A stretch of 60,000 nucleotides of DNA, the filler included, from Hausera hauseri (lineage: Eukaryota): assembly GCA_046269625.1 (NCBI GenBank). It is 13 parts of 13 records of this genome, joined end to end, with 100 filler letters (N's around TTAATTAATTAA, not from the genome) between each part and the next. Parts side by side here need not be neighbours in the genome. Positions count along the whole stretch, not along the records: positions 23,356 to 27,807 come from JBJURY010574227.1; positions 27,908 to 31,884 come from JBJURY010844747.1; positions 31,985 to 36,319 come from JBJURY010630663.1; positions 36,420 to 41,253 come from JBJURY010420476.1; 9 more parts are not named here. One strand, given 5' to 3'. The notes under the pieces are model-generated. The model made no database searches and was not told the DNA's origin. It saw nothing but the letters and a program-made list of their open reading frames with translations. Of this stretch, positions 24,126-37,560 are shown piece by piece. Numbering within the stretch: the stretch's first letter is position 1; every line of letters starts with the position of its first letter. Made by a program: the position numbers and the translations under genes.

Positions 24126-27100
24126 ATGCCAATCTGCCCAATATTACAGTCAAGTACGATCTGAACAGATAGTACGTGGACATAAAAGCGAACATATCGG
24201 CGAAAACAACAACAACAATGCAAATGAGACATGTTTTTTAAAATGTGCGCAACCAGTTTGAGTCAGAAGTGATGAAATTACAACACCAACACTGTAATTT
24301 GCAATATTATGCATTTGCAGAATTTGAAAACGTTGAAGGTTACAGGAATTAATGGTACCTGTCACATCGTGCTGTACCATATGCCAATGATTTTATTGCC
24401 AACGTAGGTGAGAAGCTCGATGAAAAAATCGCCAATTACACGGAAAAGGGTAGTGGATGACGAATTATACGAATTGTCACCCTCGGCTTTATAATAACAA
24501 AGTCGAGTGACATAATATATTTGTCTGGACGATCATTCATACCGACACCTGCCGCTCTGAAGCAGTTTCTGGTTGTAGTGAATATAAAAATTACTAACGA
24601 TGATATACAGTATTCTGTATAATACAGTATTCTGGCGGTATTAAAATATGACGAAGTGGACAGACATAGGGCACATCTCCCAAATCAGTATTGGTAGTAT
24701 TTTTTCGAATTGGACTTTGATGAAAGCTGGATGCTAATGAAACTGAATTACATTCCGGCATTTGAATGGCGTAAATTGACACTGGCAATCAACGTATTCC
24801 GGTACAACTCAATGGTTGAAATACCGGCAGACGAAGAAATGTATAAAAATCCCCATATGGATTTAATCTGCTGTAATCGGAACCGAAATGGCCTCTCAGT
24901 AAATTTATTGCTATTGGAGCAAAAGAAAAAGTTTCATTACATTTCAGTGACAAATCTGGACAGACTGCTGAACGTGAAACATGACTACTTTATCAAAAAA
25001 CAGATACAGTGTACCTGGTGTGCAGTATATCTGCATGAATTCAGATCAGAAACAACATGGGAGAAAATGTGACTCTGTGCAGACAAAATTCGTCAGGAAC
25101 CACGATGTATGTCATGCCCATCAAAGAGGAACTCTGGTTCACTGATTGATCAAAAACAGACATTCCGGCATATGTAGTATATGCCGATATCGAAGCTATC
25201 TTACCAAAGCACAACATATATGACCAAGAACATGTTTCAATCGCCGTCGGTATGTTGTTTGCCCCAATAAAAGCTGTAGGTCAACCTCAATATTATGTTT
25301 TCCACTGATAGAATTGTGTACGCGATTTCTTTCGGCAGTTGGAAATAATAGTAGAAACGGAAATCGCACCCTGGTTTAGTAGAAATAGCAATAAACCCTT
25401 AATGTGGACAGATAGATATGAACCATTGTTGTTTTGGCCACCGATGAATGTTACCTGTGCGACAAAATATTACCGTTCGATGCAGTAGAACGGCTCGTAC
25501 TAGATCACAATCATTTTACTTATCGATACTTGGAAGCAGCATGCAATTCATGCAACTTGGCAAGGCGTGTGCGGCTATTCCTACTAATGGTATTTCATAA
25601 ATTCAGGGGTTATAATTGCCACCATATTTTGAAATTAGCAATAGACGGATTTCCGCACTAGGAACTATCCGCAATTTTGATTACGATGGAGAAATACCTA
25701 TCATTGCTGCACGAATTAACCGGATTTACGTACGATTCTCTGCAATTTGTAAAGGAATCATTGGCAAAGCTGGTAAATGCCTTGCCAAATGTGCCGCTAA
25801 CAATGACTCAGTTCCCTGTACATATTGCGCGTAGCAAAGGCATATTTTCGGATGACTTTGCGATGTCATCCGATAGGCTCCAGACGACAGACGAATTACC
25901 ACCGCAATGGCCTAGTATCACAGAAGAAGAATATCACAAAGAACAATCGTTTTTGGCAGAGCTCTGCAGCAAAAAACTGTTGGACTACATGCTTCATTAT
26001 CTGAAATTGTATGTATACCTTTTGATCGATGTGTTTAGGGCATTTCGAGCTAAAGCGTTGGCAGAAGATACACCGGAGCTTCTCAACTTTTACACAATAC
26101 CCGAAATGAGTTGCGCATCAGCTCAGATGTCACTGGATCGGGATATCGAGCTATTGCAAGACCCAGAAATGTACAGAATGTTTGATGTTGGTATTCTTAG
26201 CTGCACGACGTTCGTCAACTATCACCACGTAACCAATGATTATTCCGCATCACTTTTGGATATCAATAGTAATAACCTGTGCGGCTGGGCGCTTTCGCAA
26301 CTCTTGCCGTATGGTTCATTCCAATAGGTAGTTGACAAACAGGACCTGGACGAATTACTGGAAAATGTGCCGAGAGCAGACACGAGAGAAAACAGCTCAA
26401 TTCGATACCTGACGGAAGTCGATCTAGTAGTACCAGATGAGCTGTATGACTTTCTGGATAAACTGTTGGTTGCACCAATCAGCCAATGTCCGCCGGGCTC
26501 AAGGATGAAGAAGCTGCTTATGACGCATGAACCGAAACAAAACTACATAGTTCATTGGCATCTGTTGCAATTTTACTCGCAGTTTGGTGTACGCGTCACA
26601 CATGCTGCATCGCGCAAGCCGATTCGCACAGGCTCCGATATTTAAGCTGTATATCAGTCGGAATTCGCAAAAACGAGCTGCAGCTAGTACGAAGTTTGAA
26701 AAAGACTATCACAAGCTGAAAAACAATTCTCTATACGGGAAAAACAGTAGAAAATCTGGAAAGGCAGCTTAATGTACGCCTGTGCAATAGCAAAAAGCGG
26801 TTGGTCACGTACACGAGCAAGGCGCAGTTTAGGCGATCAATGCACATTGCCGATGGATTGGTTGCCGTGCTTTTAAACAGGGAAGAAGTTGTACTGGACC
26901 GGCCAAGTTATATAGGACAAGTGGTATTGGATCTAAACACGTTACCGGCAAATGTTTGGTGGCGATAGTGGCGGCGGATGCAAGATCAATATAATTGCCG
27001 GTGACACAGATAGTTTTTTCTTGGAACTGAAAAACGTCAATCGCGAATAACTACTGTGGCAAATGATGGCAGATGGATTACTAGACACGTTCAATTACCC

Positions 27101-27479
27101 ACAGAATCATGCATTGTACAGCAACACCATCACAAACAAAATCGGCTGCTTCAAGGATGAAAGTAAAAGTCGGATTTAGTATCTGGAATGGATATTTCTA
27201 CGGCGAAAATGTTATAGCCTTTTAACTAACGGTGGACGCAAAATGCACACAAAAGAAGTTCATTTGGCCCAGACGGAAATAAACCATGGTGATTATCGCC
27301 GTGTCTATGAAGAAGAAGGAAAATGAAAGGCTGTTGTGTCTCATACGTTCATCTGATCAATTGAGCACCAGCTCTATACAGTGACCAATGCAAAAGTCGT
27401 TTTATCATGCAATGATGATAAGCGTATGTGTGTGGGACGGAATAAGAGTTGGGCGTTCGGACACTGGCGTTTGGAATAA
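24126..27479 (+). pseudogene. Protein-primed family B DNA polymerase of a Polinton/adintovirus, near full length, heavily disrupted
   Basis: EKGSG*, HY...NLDRLL, YADIEA, CYLC...DHNH.T..Y..AACNSCNL (endonuclease VII-like insert), DINSNNLCG, KNNSLYGK, GDTDS, KCYS and DDKR motifs in the expected order. Confidence 0.9.
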
Positions 27480-27907
27480 AACACACGCACACATGAAATC
27501 GCTGCTGAAGAAGCAGATAGATCAAATTACTGTGACAATTCGTTGTGTTCTGTGTTTTCTGTAAATAATGTATATTGTTCCTTGTTTTACCTTTTGTTGT
27601 ATTACTATCATTTAATGTATCTATATTTTTAACTTAACGTGACGAGAAAGAATATAAAAAACAAACAAACTCAATAATAATATATATTAATCATCACAAG
27701 CTATAATCAAAAACAAAGTAAGTCAAATTGGCGTAAACTTTCCCAGCTTCCATATTGGTGATTTAACGCCGTGCAGATCCTTGTATCCTTTCAACTTCAA
27801 TGTTAGANNNNNNNNNNNNNNNNNNNNNNNNNNNNNNNNNNNNNNNNNNNNTTAATTAATTAANNNNNNNNNNNNNNNNNNNNNNNNNNNNNNNNNNNNN
27901 NNNNNNN

Positions 27908-30900
27908 GAACGGAATATGAATACTTGATAGCACCTGATAATAGCAATATGGTCCGCAAGAAGAACGTACCTATTAAGCCCGTAGAGGCCAAAGAGGTAA
28001 GCGAGGTTGAAATAGCAATGACATCGCCCAATGTAGACTTGGATGACAAATCTGAAAACCCGACAGAAGGACGTCTAGATGTGATTGACAAAATCGAGAG
28101 CGAATATATAGCTCCGTTGGTACTTTAAATAACGAAGAAGAGGTCGTAGCCCATAGATTAAAAGGAAGCCGAAGGGTCGTTCAAAATCGCCATTAAAAGA
28201 AGACAACGTAGGAAAAATCAATTTCTAAGGTATTGATCTAGAGGATGCCTAGAGTTTAAGAAATCGGGGTGTAGAATTTATATAAGTTCCAGATACTCCA
28301 AATACAACCGTAACAATAGGAGATGCGAACAGTGAAATAAATGAGATATGTCCACCATCTGATAGCGAAGATGAAATTGATCACATAGAACGAGTTAAGA
28401 GACTCGACAGAAAGATGTGGAGGATCAGAAAGTGATGGAAAAATGCAGACAATATAAAAGAAATTAGGACAGCCCCAACAGATTTAGAGACGTTACGTCA
28501 CTGCAGCGCATAAAATATCAAATAGATATGTCCTGAAAACAACATCAGTTCGCCAAGAAAATGTATAAAGAATTTAAACGGTACCTTGAGGAAGATTTTA
28601 GAAGGAAGAAAGAGCTAGAAGAATTGGATAAAACTGTGGAGAAATCAGCTGAAAAATGAAGGGCAAAGTTAGACTCATAGACAAAAAGCGGAGTCGACTT
28701 CATCGACACATGGAATAATCGGGAGATAAAAATAAAGGCTAAAGTGGTAACTGCACAAGGATTACTAAAGACGTTAGAGACGGGTACAAATCAGAAACGA
28801 ACAAAACGAAATTTAGAGAAGCTGATGGCAGAAATTGAGAGCGCAATAATCTATCACCTCAAAAATAAACCAATAAACGAACTGGATGAAAACGAATTCC
28901 TAATACTAGCATAGAACCTGTAGATATTTCTCTCGTAGTGGAAATGTGTAAGATCGCGTTCAACGCGCCTAAAGTACATGCGGATATAGGAATTTGCATA
29001 ATCTCACAAGACAAAAGACGTTCCAAAATTTACAGGTATAAAAACGAGATAACGAAGACAGCAAATTAAGAAACACAAAACATATCAAAATGATGTATTC
29101 TGGAACTGCATGAATATATGAAAGAAGTTAATTATGTTAAAGAAGTCATGGACTATGTCAAAGGTCCGGACGATAAGTTAAACGATGCCTATGAGAGACT
29201 AGAAAATGTGATATATGCGAAACCAATGATAGATAACCAACGTAAAGAATGGATTGAACTACTAGTTAGAGTAGCAGATTTAACGAAATATCGTTTAAGG
29301 AAATACTCAGAATGTGAATCGATATCCAAACAACAGTTAAAAGAAATACTCCGTCATCTAGATACCTTAAAAACAGAAGTAAACCTTCGGATCAGATTCA
29401 ATGCATTATTAATACTAAAATTTATGAGCAAAAATCAAGGAATAAAACTCACGGAAGAATTATATACGATGATCGAAGAAATGGAGTTATCGGCGAAACA
29501 GGAAAGAATCTCCTCCTTCTCCCTGAGATTAAAAGTGTCCGCCTAGAAGGTGTACGACATTTGGTAACAAAGCCCATAGATAAAATATCGATATGTGATT
29601 TAACAACGCTGGACATTTGCCCAAACCATGGGATCGCGTTAGAAGAGGTATTAAAATTTTTACATCATCCTTTTGAGTGGGCATCGGATACCGACCAGAA
29701 TTGCCACGCTGAGCTGATATAAATAACTAAAGACTCTCACCTCATACCGGATGAAGCCAAATTCATAAAGATACTGATTGAAGAAATAGGTCCAGATGCA
29801 AAAACTCTAAAGGAAATGCACGGACTAATATCGTTGCTATCGACAATGACAGACATAGATGGCGACCAAGCACGACAATTGACGAATCAAGTTAGAGACA
29901 TAGAAGAACTGCGAATCTGCACAAAGCAAAGAGCTACGAAGTTAGATGAATTGGACAAAGAATTGGAGATTTATAGAAATAAATATAAGTTCACGCGATA
30001 TGAAAAGGACAAATTGAAAGGAATTTGTACAAAGGTGGTTAGCGGACGTAACTACCGAATTAAGGGATTACGAGAGAAAAGGACTAGTCCCTGCAGACGA
30101 ATTAGGACCGACATCGAAAACGATACAAATCGCGTGCGGAAACGGGGTAGAGTTTCGGACCAGCTTAATGAAAGAAATACAGTCAAGGTTAAATGAGATC
30201 CGCGAAAATGTACGAAGCGCGTCCACGGCATTATTAGATTATGGACTTCCAGACGTTGCAGATGACCCAGGATGGGAATCTTATTTAGAAGATGCGTACA
30301 ACCAAAACCCAAAAACACCCATCCAACTTCAACAAATGGATACCTTTCCAGTGGATAGACGATTCAATGTGGAGATGCTCTTAAATTCCACACTGGCCGA
30401 AAGAGAATTAATAGAGCAAATTAACGTAAATATGGCAGAAAACAAACTAAGACAATTGATCCCTACACTGACTAAGCTGTGAAGTGAAAATTCCATTTAT
30501 AGCTCAGTACCCAGACTATTGATCAAAAAATACACCAATTTCTTGAGAGCTAAACCCGAAATGACGATTAGGGTAAAAATATCAGCGGAATGGATGGAAG
30601 AGAGAAAAATGGAATGTACCACAGTAACATCGGTTAGAGAAATAAAGTAATAGATGGTGCAAAATAGTGGTGAGGACGAAGTAAATTATCGGTTATACTT
30701 CCGAGGCAGGATACTAGATGAACTCGAATTATTAATAGATGTTGGAATTATTTTAGAGGAATCAAATAGGATATTGGCCATAATCAATGGACGATCATTG
30801 AGTATGACGCATTATGGGAGTTCAAGATCCTGCTATGTATTTCGACTACCTCCAAAGCGAGGAAGATAAGGAACAGTATGATAAAAATTTAGTGCCGCTC

Positions 30901-31434
30901 AGTGAAGCGATACCAACTGTGCCAAAACAGAAACGACCAGTTGGTAGGCCAAGGAAAATAAAAGATGAAGCTGACCATAACGCAACTCTAATCCAAGAAC
31001 TAAGACAATTATCAATGCCAGCGATTAATTCAGATAGTGCTGAGAAACCTTATACAAATAGTGAATTATTCAGGATCAAGGAATGACATATTAAATGAAA
31101 AAGAGAGGGTAATATATGATGCTGCAAGAATAATGAGAACATCCCGATTCAAGATGAATAAAAGTACCTTACCCGATGAAGTTTTAATTGAGAAAATTAT
31201 GGTAGAGAATACTAAGGAAGATTTAAGGAAAGTAATATTGTACTTGGTTATAAAAACAAGTCCCTTGCGGGACAATGAATTCAATAGAACCATTGGATTG
31301 ATCAGAAAAGCTGCTAGGAAAATACCTAGAGAAATAAATTGGTTCAAACTATTTGATGATGAAGATTAAAATAAGCCAATATGTGGTAAGAAATTTAATA
31401 TCAACTAACTCGGTACGAGATAGCGAATCGAATT
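27908..31434 (+). mobile_element. Degenerate long polyprotein region of a large env-bearing element (coiled coil, ubiquitin-like domain, AT-hook, possible F-box-like motif)
   Basis: Continuous A-rich plus-strand coding bias with stops and frameshifts. UBL-like 30561-30785 (IRVK...TSVREIK...RLYFRGRIL...DVGI); KRPVGRPRK near 30930; LPDEVLIEKI near 31168. Confidence 0.55.
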
Positions 31435-31884
31435 GGATGATTAAACTAATAACGCTTACGATGTTAGTAAGACAACTTGGTGCAATCACGGTATATGACT
31501 GTGATAAGTTTAAAATAGGTCAAAAATATTCCCTGATGGATCTGGAACTATGCGAGGATGCCAGACCTCCTAAGTTAGTAACCATCGAGAAAAAGTATTT
31601 TCTGCATCAGCAACGCGAACTAATCGCAATAGACGAAATAGAGTGCATGTTGCAACGATTGCGAAGTATTTTTCACTGTGGAAATATTCACGGACATTCA
31701 TCGATAGTAAAACCAGCGACTCCATTAATTCATATGGATTTAGATCGACAACAGTGTAAACAAGCCAAAGAAACCGGAAGATTGAGATGGGATGGGATGA
31801 AGTTAGAAGGCCAACCAGGAAATATAATTCGAGCATATAAAGTAGCAGTTGTGAAACTAGATATGCACAACGGATACTATAACG
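31435..31884 (+). CDS. N-terminus of a chuvirus/Mononegavirales-like fusion glycoprotein (env-like), truncated by the gap
   Basis: Signal-like MIKLITLTMLVRQLGA, then ITVYDC...YSLMDLELC...EC...FHCG...H.S...C. Same cysteine pattern as 48750-49217. Confidence 0.75.
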
Positions 31885-31984
31885 NNNNNNNNNNNNNNNN
31901 NNNNNNNNNNNNNNNNNNNNNNNNNNNNTTAATTAATTAANNNNNNNNNNNNNNNNNNNNNNNNNNNNNNNNNNNNNNNNNNNN

Positions 31985-33621
31985 GAAAGAGTGATTGCAT
32001 ACGGATCACACGGAATGAATAATCACGAAAAGGGCTATTGCATTACATGGAAGGAGTTGCTGGCTATGTATTACTTCTGTCAGCATTTAATCATTACTTT
32101 TATGGGAGCAGCTTTACACTGAGAACGGACCTTCATGTTGAAAACAAAAGAGCAGACAACAGCACAATTCCAAACCTGGATAAACTAGTTATCAAGTTTA
32201 GACATAAGAATAGAACAGAGGAAAGGAACAGATCATGCAAACGCAGACATGTTATCCCGAACCAATTGCGGCACATGCAGCCAATGCATGTTAATTCACG
32301 AAGAGACCAAAAGCTATATCAAGACTCGGAGGATAAACACAGTTGAATCGACAGAAGAATATCTATATCAAAGAGACAGCAAAGAAATTGAAGAAATAAA
32401 AGAAGACACCTCAAAGACAGAGCATTGGAAATTAATAGTAGAAAATGGCATAGTAAAGACAAGAACAGAGAAAATATGGATACCAAAGGATAAGAAGGAA
32501 AAAATGATAAAGCAATGTCACGACATGCTATCCCACGCGGGAATAGAAAAAGTAACAAAATACATAAGCAATAACTACGATATGACAAACATGAAAGACA
32601 CCGTCAAGAAAGTGATTGGACGCTGTAAGGCATGTCAACGAAACAAGACCGTGATAACAGATACGAAGGAAGAGACCCTAAGACTCTCCTCAAACGAACC
32701 ATTCGAGAAAATATACATTGATATTTGCGGACCATTAAAAGAAACCTGAAGGAAGAAAAATATGTATTGGCCGTCATAGACCAGTTTAGCAGATATATAT
32801 CATTATCGGCTATAGCAAAACATGACAAAGTAACAATAAAAGACACGGTGCTAAAGACATGGATTTACAAATTCGGTGCACCGAAAGAGATACACATGGA
32901 TTGCGGAAAAACATTTGAATCGAACGTATTTAGAGACATGACGGCGTCAAAGGGCATCAAGATGTGTTATTCGAGCCCGTATCATAACAACACCAATGGC
33001 ATAGTGGAAAGGCAATTCCCGACAATTAGAGAATATATAGGTGCGACTCTCCACGATCAACGACGAACAGATTGGGAAGAGATATTATCAGAGATAGAAT
33101 TCGCGTTAAACGCGACAGTTTAGAAAATAACAGGAAGAGCCCAGCAGAAATAATATTTGGAAGAAAAATACATAGAGAGATGGCATGGACAGAATAAAAC
33201 AATAGAATCAACAAAGAGCAACGACCCAGAAAGGGTACCAGTAAAAGAGTATTCCAGGTCGGAGAAAGTGTACTAATACAGAAAGAATCAGGAGCAAAAG
33301 TTAAAGACAAATATTAAGGGTCATACGAAGTCATCGAGAGAAAACACGATCGATGATATGTACTGCAACACGCGGACAGCAGAATTCTAGAAAGAAATGT
33401 GGAAAAACGGCAGAAATTCTTAAAGGAGGATGATGTGATGAGAAATTGAAACGGATATTAATGTTTAAATTTAATTCAAAGTTAATTCAATAAACAACCA
33501 ACAGAAAGTCAGGAAATTCAGAAAAGAAGGAAAATAAACTTTTATAATAAATCTCTTATGGATAATTCTATCTTACAATCATTAAGTGAGGTTAAGGTCG
33601 GGACGGTAGAAACGCGATCTA
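31985..33621 (+). mobile_element. Gypsy family B RNase H end, integrase, PPT and 3'-truncated LTR (from 33434)
   Basis: FTLRTD, HDMLSHAG...CKAC, YIDICGP, IDQFSRY, DCGKTF and NGIVER. Purine tract AAAGGAGGATGA then TGTGATGAG. Confidence 0.92.
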
Positions 33622-33835
33622 AGATAATGACACTAAACCAACAAGAAATGACACTGAACCAAAAAGAATATTTATATGATGTTTAAAAATGTGCAGAAAC
33701 CACATGAGAGATTATTTGAAAATCACGTTAAGGTAAGTTCTAATTTATTTACTTGATTGTGTATGTTTTTCATTTAGAAATTCAGCTCGATTCAGAAATT
33801 TGCCATCAAATATACATTATCCATAGATTTGTCCA

Positions 33836-34069
33836 TCGTTCCTTTTCTCTAGTTAATGTTCTTTTAATATTCGATTTATAGTATTTTCTTTATGTTCTAT
33901 CAATCGAAAATGTAAAATTATCAATGGAGTTTCCTTTCATATAAATTTGACTATGTACATTAGAGCCCACAGACTAGGTCAAATATTTCATCAATTTTAT
34001 TTCAGTAGAACATCAAGAACGCAATGCAAATTGAATATTAGAAGAACATTAACTCGAGAAAATGAACGA
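33836..34069. repeat. Imperfect inverted repeat (MITE/foldback-like)
   Basis: TCGTTCCTTTTCTCTAGTTAATGTTCTTTTAATATTC at 33836 is nearly the reverse complement of GAATATTAGAAGAACATTAACTCGAGAAAATGAACGA ending at 34069. Weaker pairing continues inward. Confidence 0.7.
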
Positions 34070-35544
34070 AAATTTTATCAAAGTTCAAAATTCCTAAACC
34101 TAGTGAGGACGACTTGATCAAGTACGAAATGTTGTCACATTTAAAAGTTGCAATTGCGTTATTAAGGCTTCCTTGACAAAATGTTTTTCATATTATTAAT
34201 CATGCATTTCAGTTCATTTACTTTTTCCCTTTTTCTAATAAACAGTACTGTTCAAAAATTAAACTCTAAATTTTTTATCAAAATGAAAATTAGAAAACAT
34301 TTCGACTGAAAGTATCGAATATCATAATAGTTATTAAGACGATGAATGTTTCATCAGTTCCCAAATCCTTGCCTGGCTTACCTGATGTTACAAAATACAT
34401 AATAATCAGAAACTTTGCTATTCTAAAGGTAATTAAAAGTGTACAAATATTTTTAATTCACCTTATATACCGAAAATGTGCTATTAGAAAAATAAAGAAA
34501 TTGTAATTCTCAATAAAGGTTTTATTTTATAACCCATAGAACTCAATCGATATTCAGGTATTCATTGACGTATGTACTTTCTGAAAAATAGTCCCAGTTA
34601 CAATAATGACCAGATTTTAATATCCATGTACCAAGTAATCAAAGTTTACCGTTTGCAACAGCTGTACTGTGCCGCATGATGCACCAAAATCAGGGTTTTA
34701 GGCAAAATTATTTTTCAACAAATATCAGCAAATTGATTCAAAAAATGTAGAACAGAAAATATGGTACGAGGTGATTTAATCTTTCCAATGAAGTATTCGT
34801 ACAATTATCACAATTTTATTAAAACAAGAGGTAAGTAAGTGTATATAAAATGCAAATTCCGATATGTATGTTCCACACAAAAATTTCCGTAATACCAGTA
34901 ATTACTTCATTTTATTTTCAAGTTTCTAACATTGTACACTTAACGAATATGAAAGTTAAATGTAAGCATTTTGAAATCAAGGAAAAACTTTTTCAATGAT
35001 ACTCAAATCCTAAACAAATATGAATATCGTATTCCTGATATCTGAAAACTTCATGTAAAATTACTATGGATTTAAGCTAACAAAACATTCAAATGAACAC
35101 AGATGAATAGGTAATTAAATGAAATTTCAGTAGAAATATTAAATTTTATAAATTGTTCTTTCTGAATACGGAAAATACATATTAATGGGAAGAACAAATT
35201 TACTTCAAAAATTATTTTTAACGTGTTGAGTAGGGTGAGACAGACGTAAGGATCTTACCTAGCACTAACGTATAGGTAGTATGTGGGGGACAGTGGCCGT
35301 TAAGACTGATTTTATCTTACTTTCTACGGTTTACTTGAAGTCAAATTACTGATAATTATACGGGCCGCCGTCAGGTACGTTTGACCTGGACGGCTGTTTC
35401 TTCCAATTTACTTCAGAATTTATTTATTTAGTTACTTTAGTTACAGAAAAAAAACGATTCTCGATATAAAAATATAATGCATTATTAACAGTTACTTTTA
35501 TCTTACTCATTAAATATCAGGCCGATAAATTCTCAGGTACTGTC

Positions 35545-35920
35545 CATGCATTTGTGTGGATGTGAAACAAGGACACCAATATCTGGAATACAAAAATAAA
35601 ATCAAAGCTGTACATATGCGTCAGTTAATCAAACAAATAACCTGTAGGAGTCGACTTACATATGATGCAATTTAGAAAGTCATTGGACAACAGAATGATC
35701 TTCTTACAACGCTGAAGGAACGGAAATGGAGATGGTATGGGTACATAAAATGTTCTAACGGCTTGCAAAGTCTGTCCTGCAAAGCATAGCGCGAGACAAG
35801 GGTTAGGCAAGCTTAACGTGCAGCTCATAACATAAAGCAGCAAGGAATCCAGAAAATGGGGTAAACGTCGGCATGGGGTCACTGAATGTGCTCCCAATGA
35901 CCATCATAGGTTATGAGACT
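35545..35920 (+). mobile_element. 3' fragment of an RTE-like non-LTR retrotransposon
   Basis: DLLTTLKERKWRWYGYIKCSNGL / AKSVLQ resembles the RTE C-terminal RKL.W.GH..R...L.K..LQG motif. Confidence 0.55.
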
Positions 35921-36114
35921 GATGATGAGTCAACACTGCTGGTATTCATACATTTGAAAAGAATAACTTTTCTTAAAGACCAAATCTGCAAACAATTCAG
36001 TTTGCAGCATGTGAGAGAAAAGGATTATAGGGCATGGATATTTTTTAACTTGTAATAAAGAGGCTGAACATTTTCTAGAGAGGCATTTTTTTTTCTTCTG
36101 AGAATAAACTGTTT

Positions 36115-36319
36115 AATATAAGCTGAGTGGTTAGTACATTCAGCTGCTGAGTCTAGTGGCGCGGATTGAATTCCGGTCGACGGACCTCAGGTTTACCCTG
36201 TCTGAAATGGGTACCAGGGTAAAAACTGGGAAAGAAATGCGGCGAGAAAGGTGGTGGCGTCCCTACTCACGAAGCCGAAGCCTAGAAAAATGAAGGCACC
36301 AACACTTCCTTCCCCTACG
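36115..36319 (+). mobile_element. tRNA-derived SINE, partial
   Basis: A-box TAGCTGAGTGG, degenerate B-box GGATTGAATTCC, then a central block containing AAATGGGTACC as in widespread metazoan SINEs. Confidence 0.6.
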
Positions 36320-36634
36320 NNNNNNNNNNNNNNNNNNNNNNNNNNNNNNNNNNNNNNNNNNNNTTAATTAATTAANNNNNNNNNNNNNNNNNNNNNNNNN
36401 NNNNNNNNNNNNNNNNNNNGAGTCGGATAGAAGGGTATACAAGGTTCGAGTATTTGGTGCACTGTATGGGAGTGACGGTTATAGATCGTGATTTGGAGAT
36501 TGTAATCAAAAATATATTGACACATAAATACATATATTCTATATATATATATATAGCAATATAGGAATTGAAGGAACTGATTAAAATTAATAAATTGATA
36601 ATTATAATTTTGAATTTTGAAGGAAAGAAATTTA

Positions 36635-37560
36635 ATGTCTATGCAGATTGTTGCTGTACATATTGGGCAAGCTGAGATACAGTTAGGTAGTGCCATTTGG
36701 AAGGTATATTGTGTTGCGCATGGAGTAACATGCAAAGGGGAATTGGCAGAACAAAGAGAAAATTTTAGAACTGGATAATATGGAAATTAAGTCGGAATTA
36801 ATCAGATTACTTTTGTTAAAACTGCCAGAAATGTATGGGAAAGATTTCGGGTTTCCAGTGGAATAGTTCTATTGCTGACTAAGTCCCAGAGTACTGTGGA
36901 TCGTTGTAATTCTATTTTATACACTTTCTATGCAATGGAATATGTTGATTGCGGAATTCTTTTCGTCAAAGAGTCTCTTTATCAAAAAGGAGTCAATCAT
37001 TTGGATTATGTGAGATTAATGTACATTTTGATGAATCGTCTTCTAAGTCAAATAGTTTTGTGCATCTTTCTCTCCCATCAGTATCGATAAGATGAGACGT
37101 ATCATATTGATGTTGAAGAACTCTTGATTAAGGTCGTACCATATCCACGAGTTCATTTTTCTGTCCTCAGTTACGTTTCCATTTCCAGTCAGAATAAAAT
37201 TAGATATGAGCGATTAGATGTTACCGAATTAACACGGAATATAATTTTGGGTGACGGACCTTTTCTGGACTGCTCATTTGAACACAACAAATCCACGTAC
37301 TGTTGTTTGTTATATCGCTGCTACTTCGGTCCGAGAGTGGTTTATAATGCTGTAATAAAAGGTATTGTTAATTATAAAAGTTGTTTGCGTTACACGTTCG
37401 TTTATTTTTTGGGTGTCGGCAAGAGTCGTGATGTGTATGCAAGTGAATATGTGTTTACTAAAATCAATTTGAGTGCGATAGGAGAAATTATTAAGGGTGG
37501 ACAGTGTTTTTCGGAGAAATATTCCCTGTCAAGAGGAGCTAGAGGTGGTTATGAGATTGA
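36635..37560 (+). pseudogene. Highly divergent alpha-tubulin-like pseudogene with large internal deletions
   Basis: MSMQIVAVHIGQAEIQLGSAIWKVYCVAHG, NSILYT...MNRLLSQIV, VPYPRVHF, YERLDVTELT and CCLLYR match alpha-tubulin motifs. The GTP-binding GGGTGSG region is missing; stops present. Confidence 0.8.

Noticed and set aside
31037-31369. Bcl-2 BH1-like INWFKLF before the first glycoprotein
   Set aside because: No BH2 W...GGW motif follows; too little support.
36115-36190. Functional tRNA gene
   Set aside because: Degenerate B-box, no convincing cloverleaf, and it continues into SINE-like body sequence.
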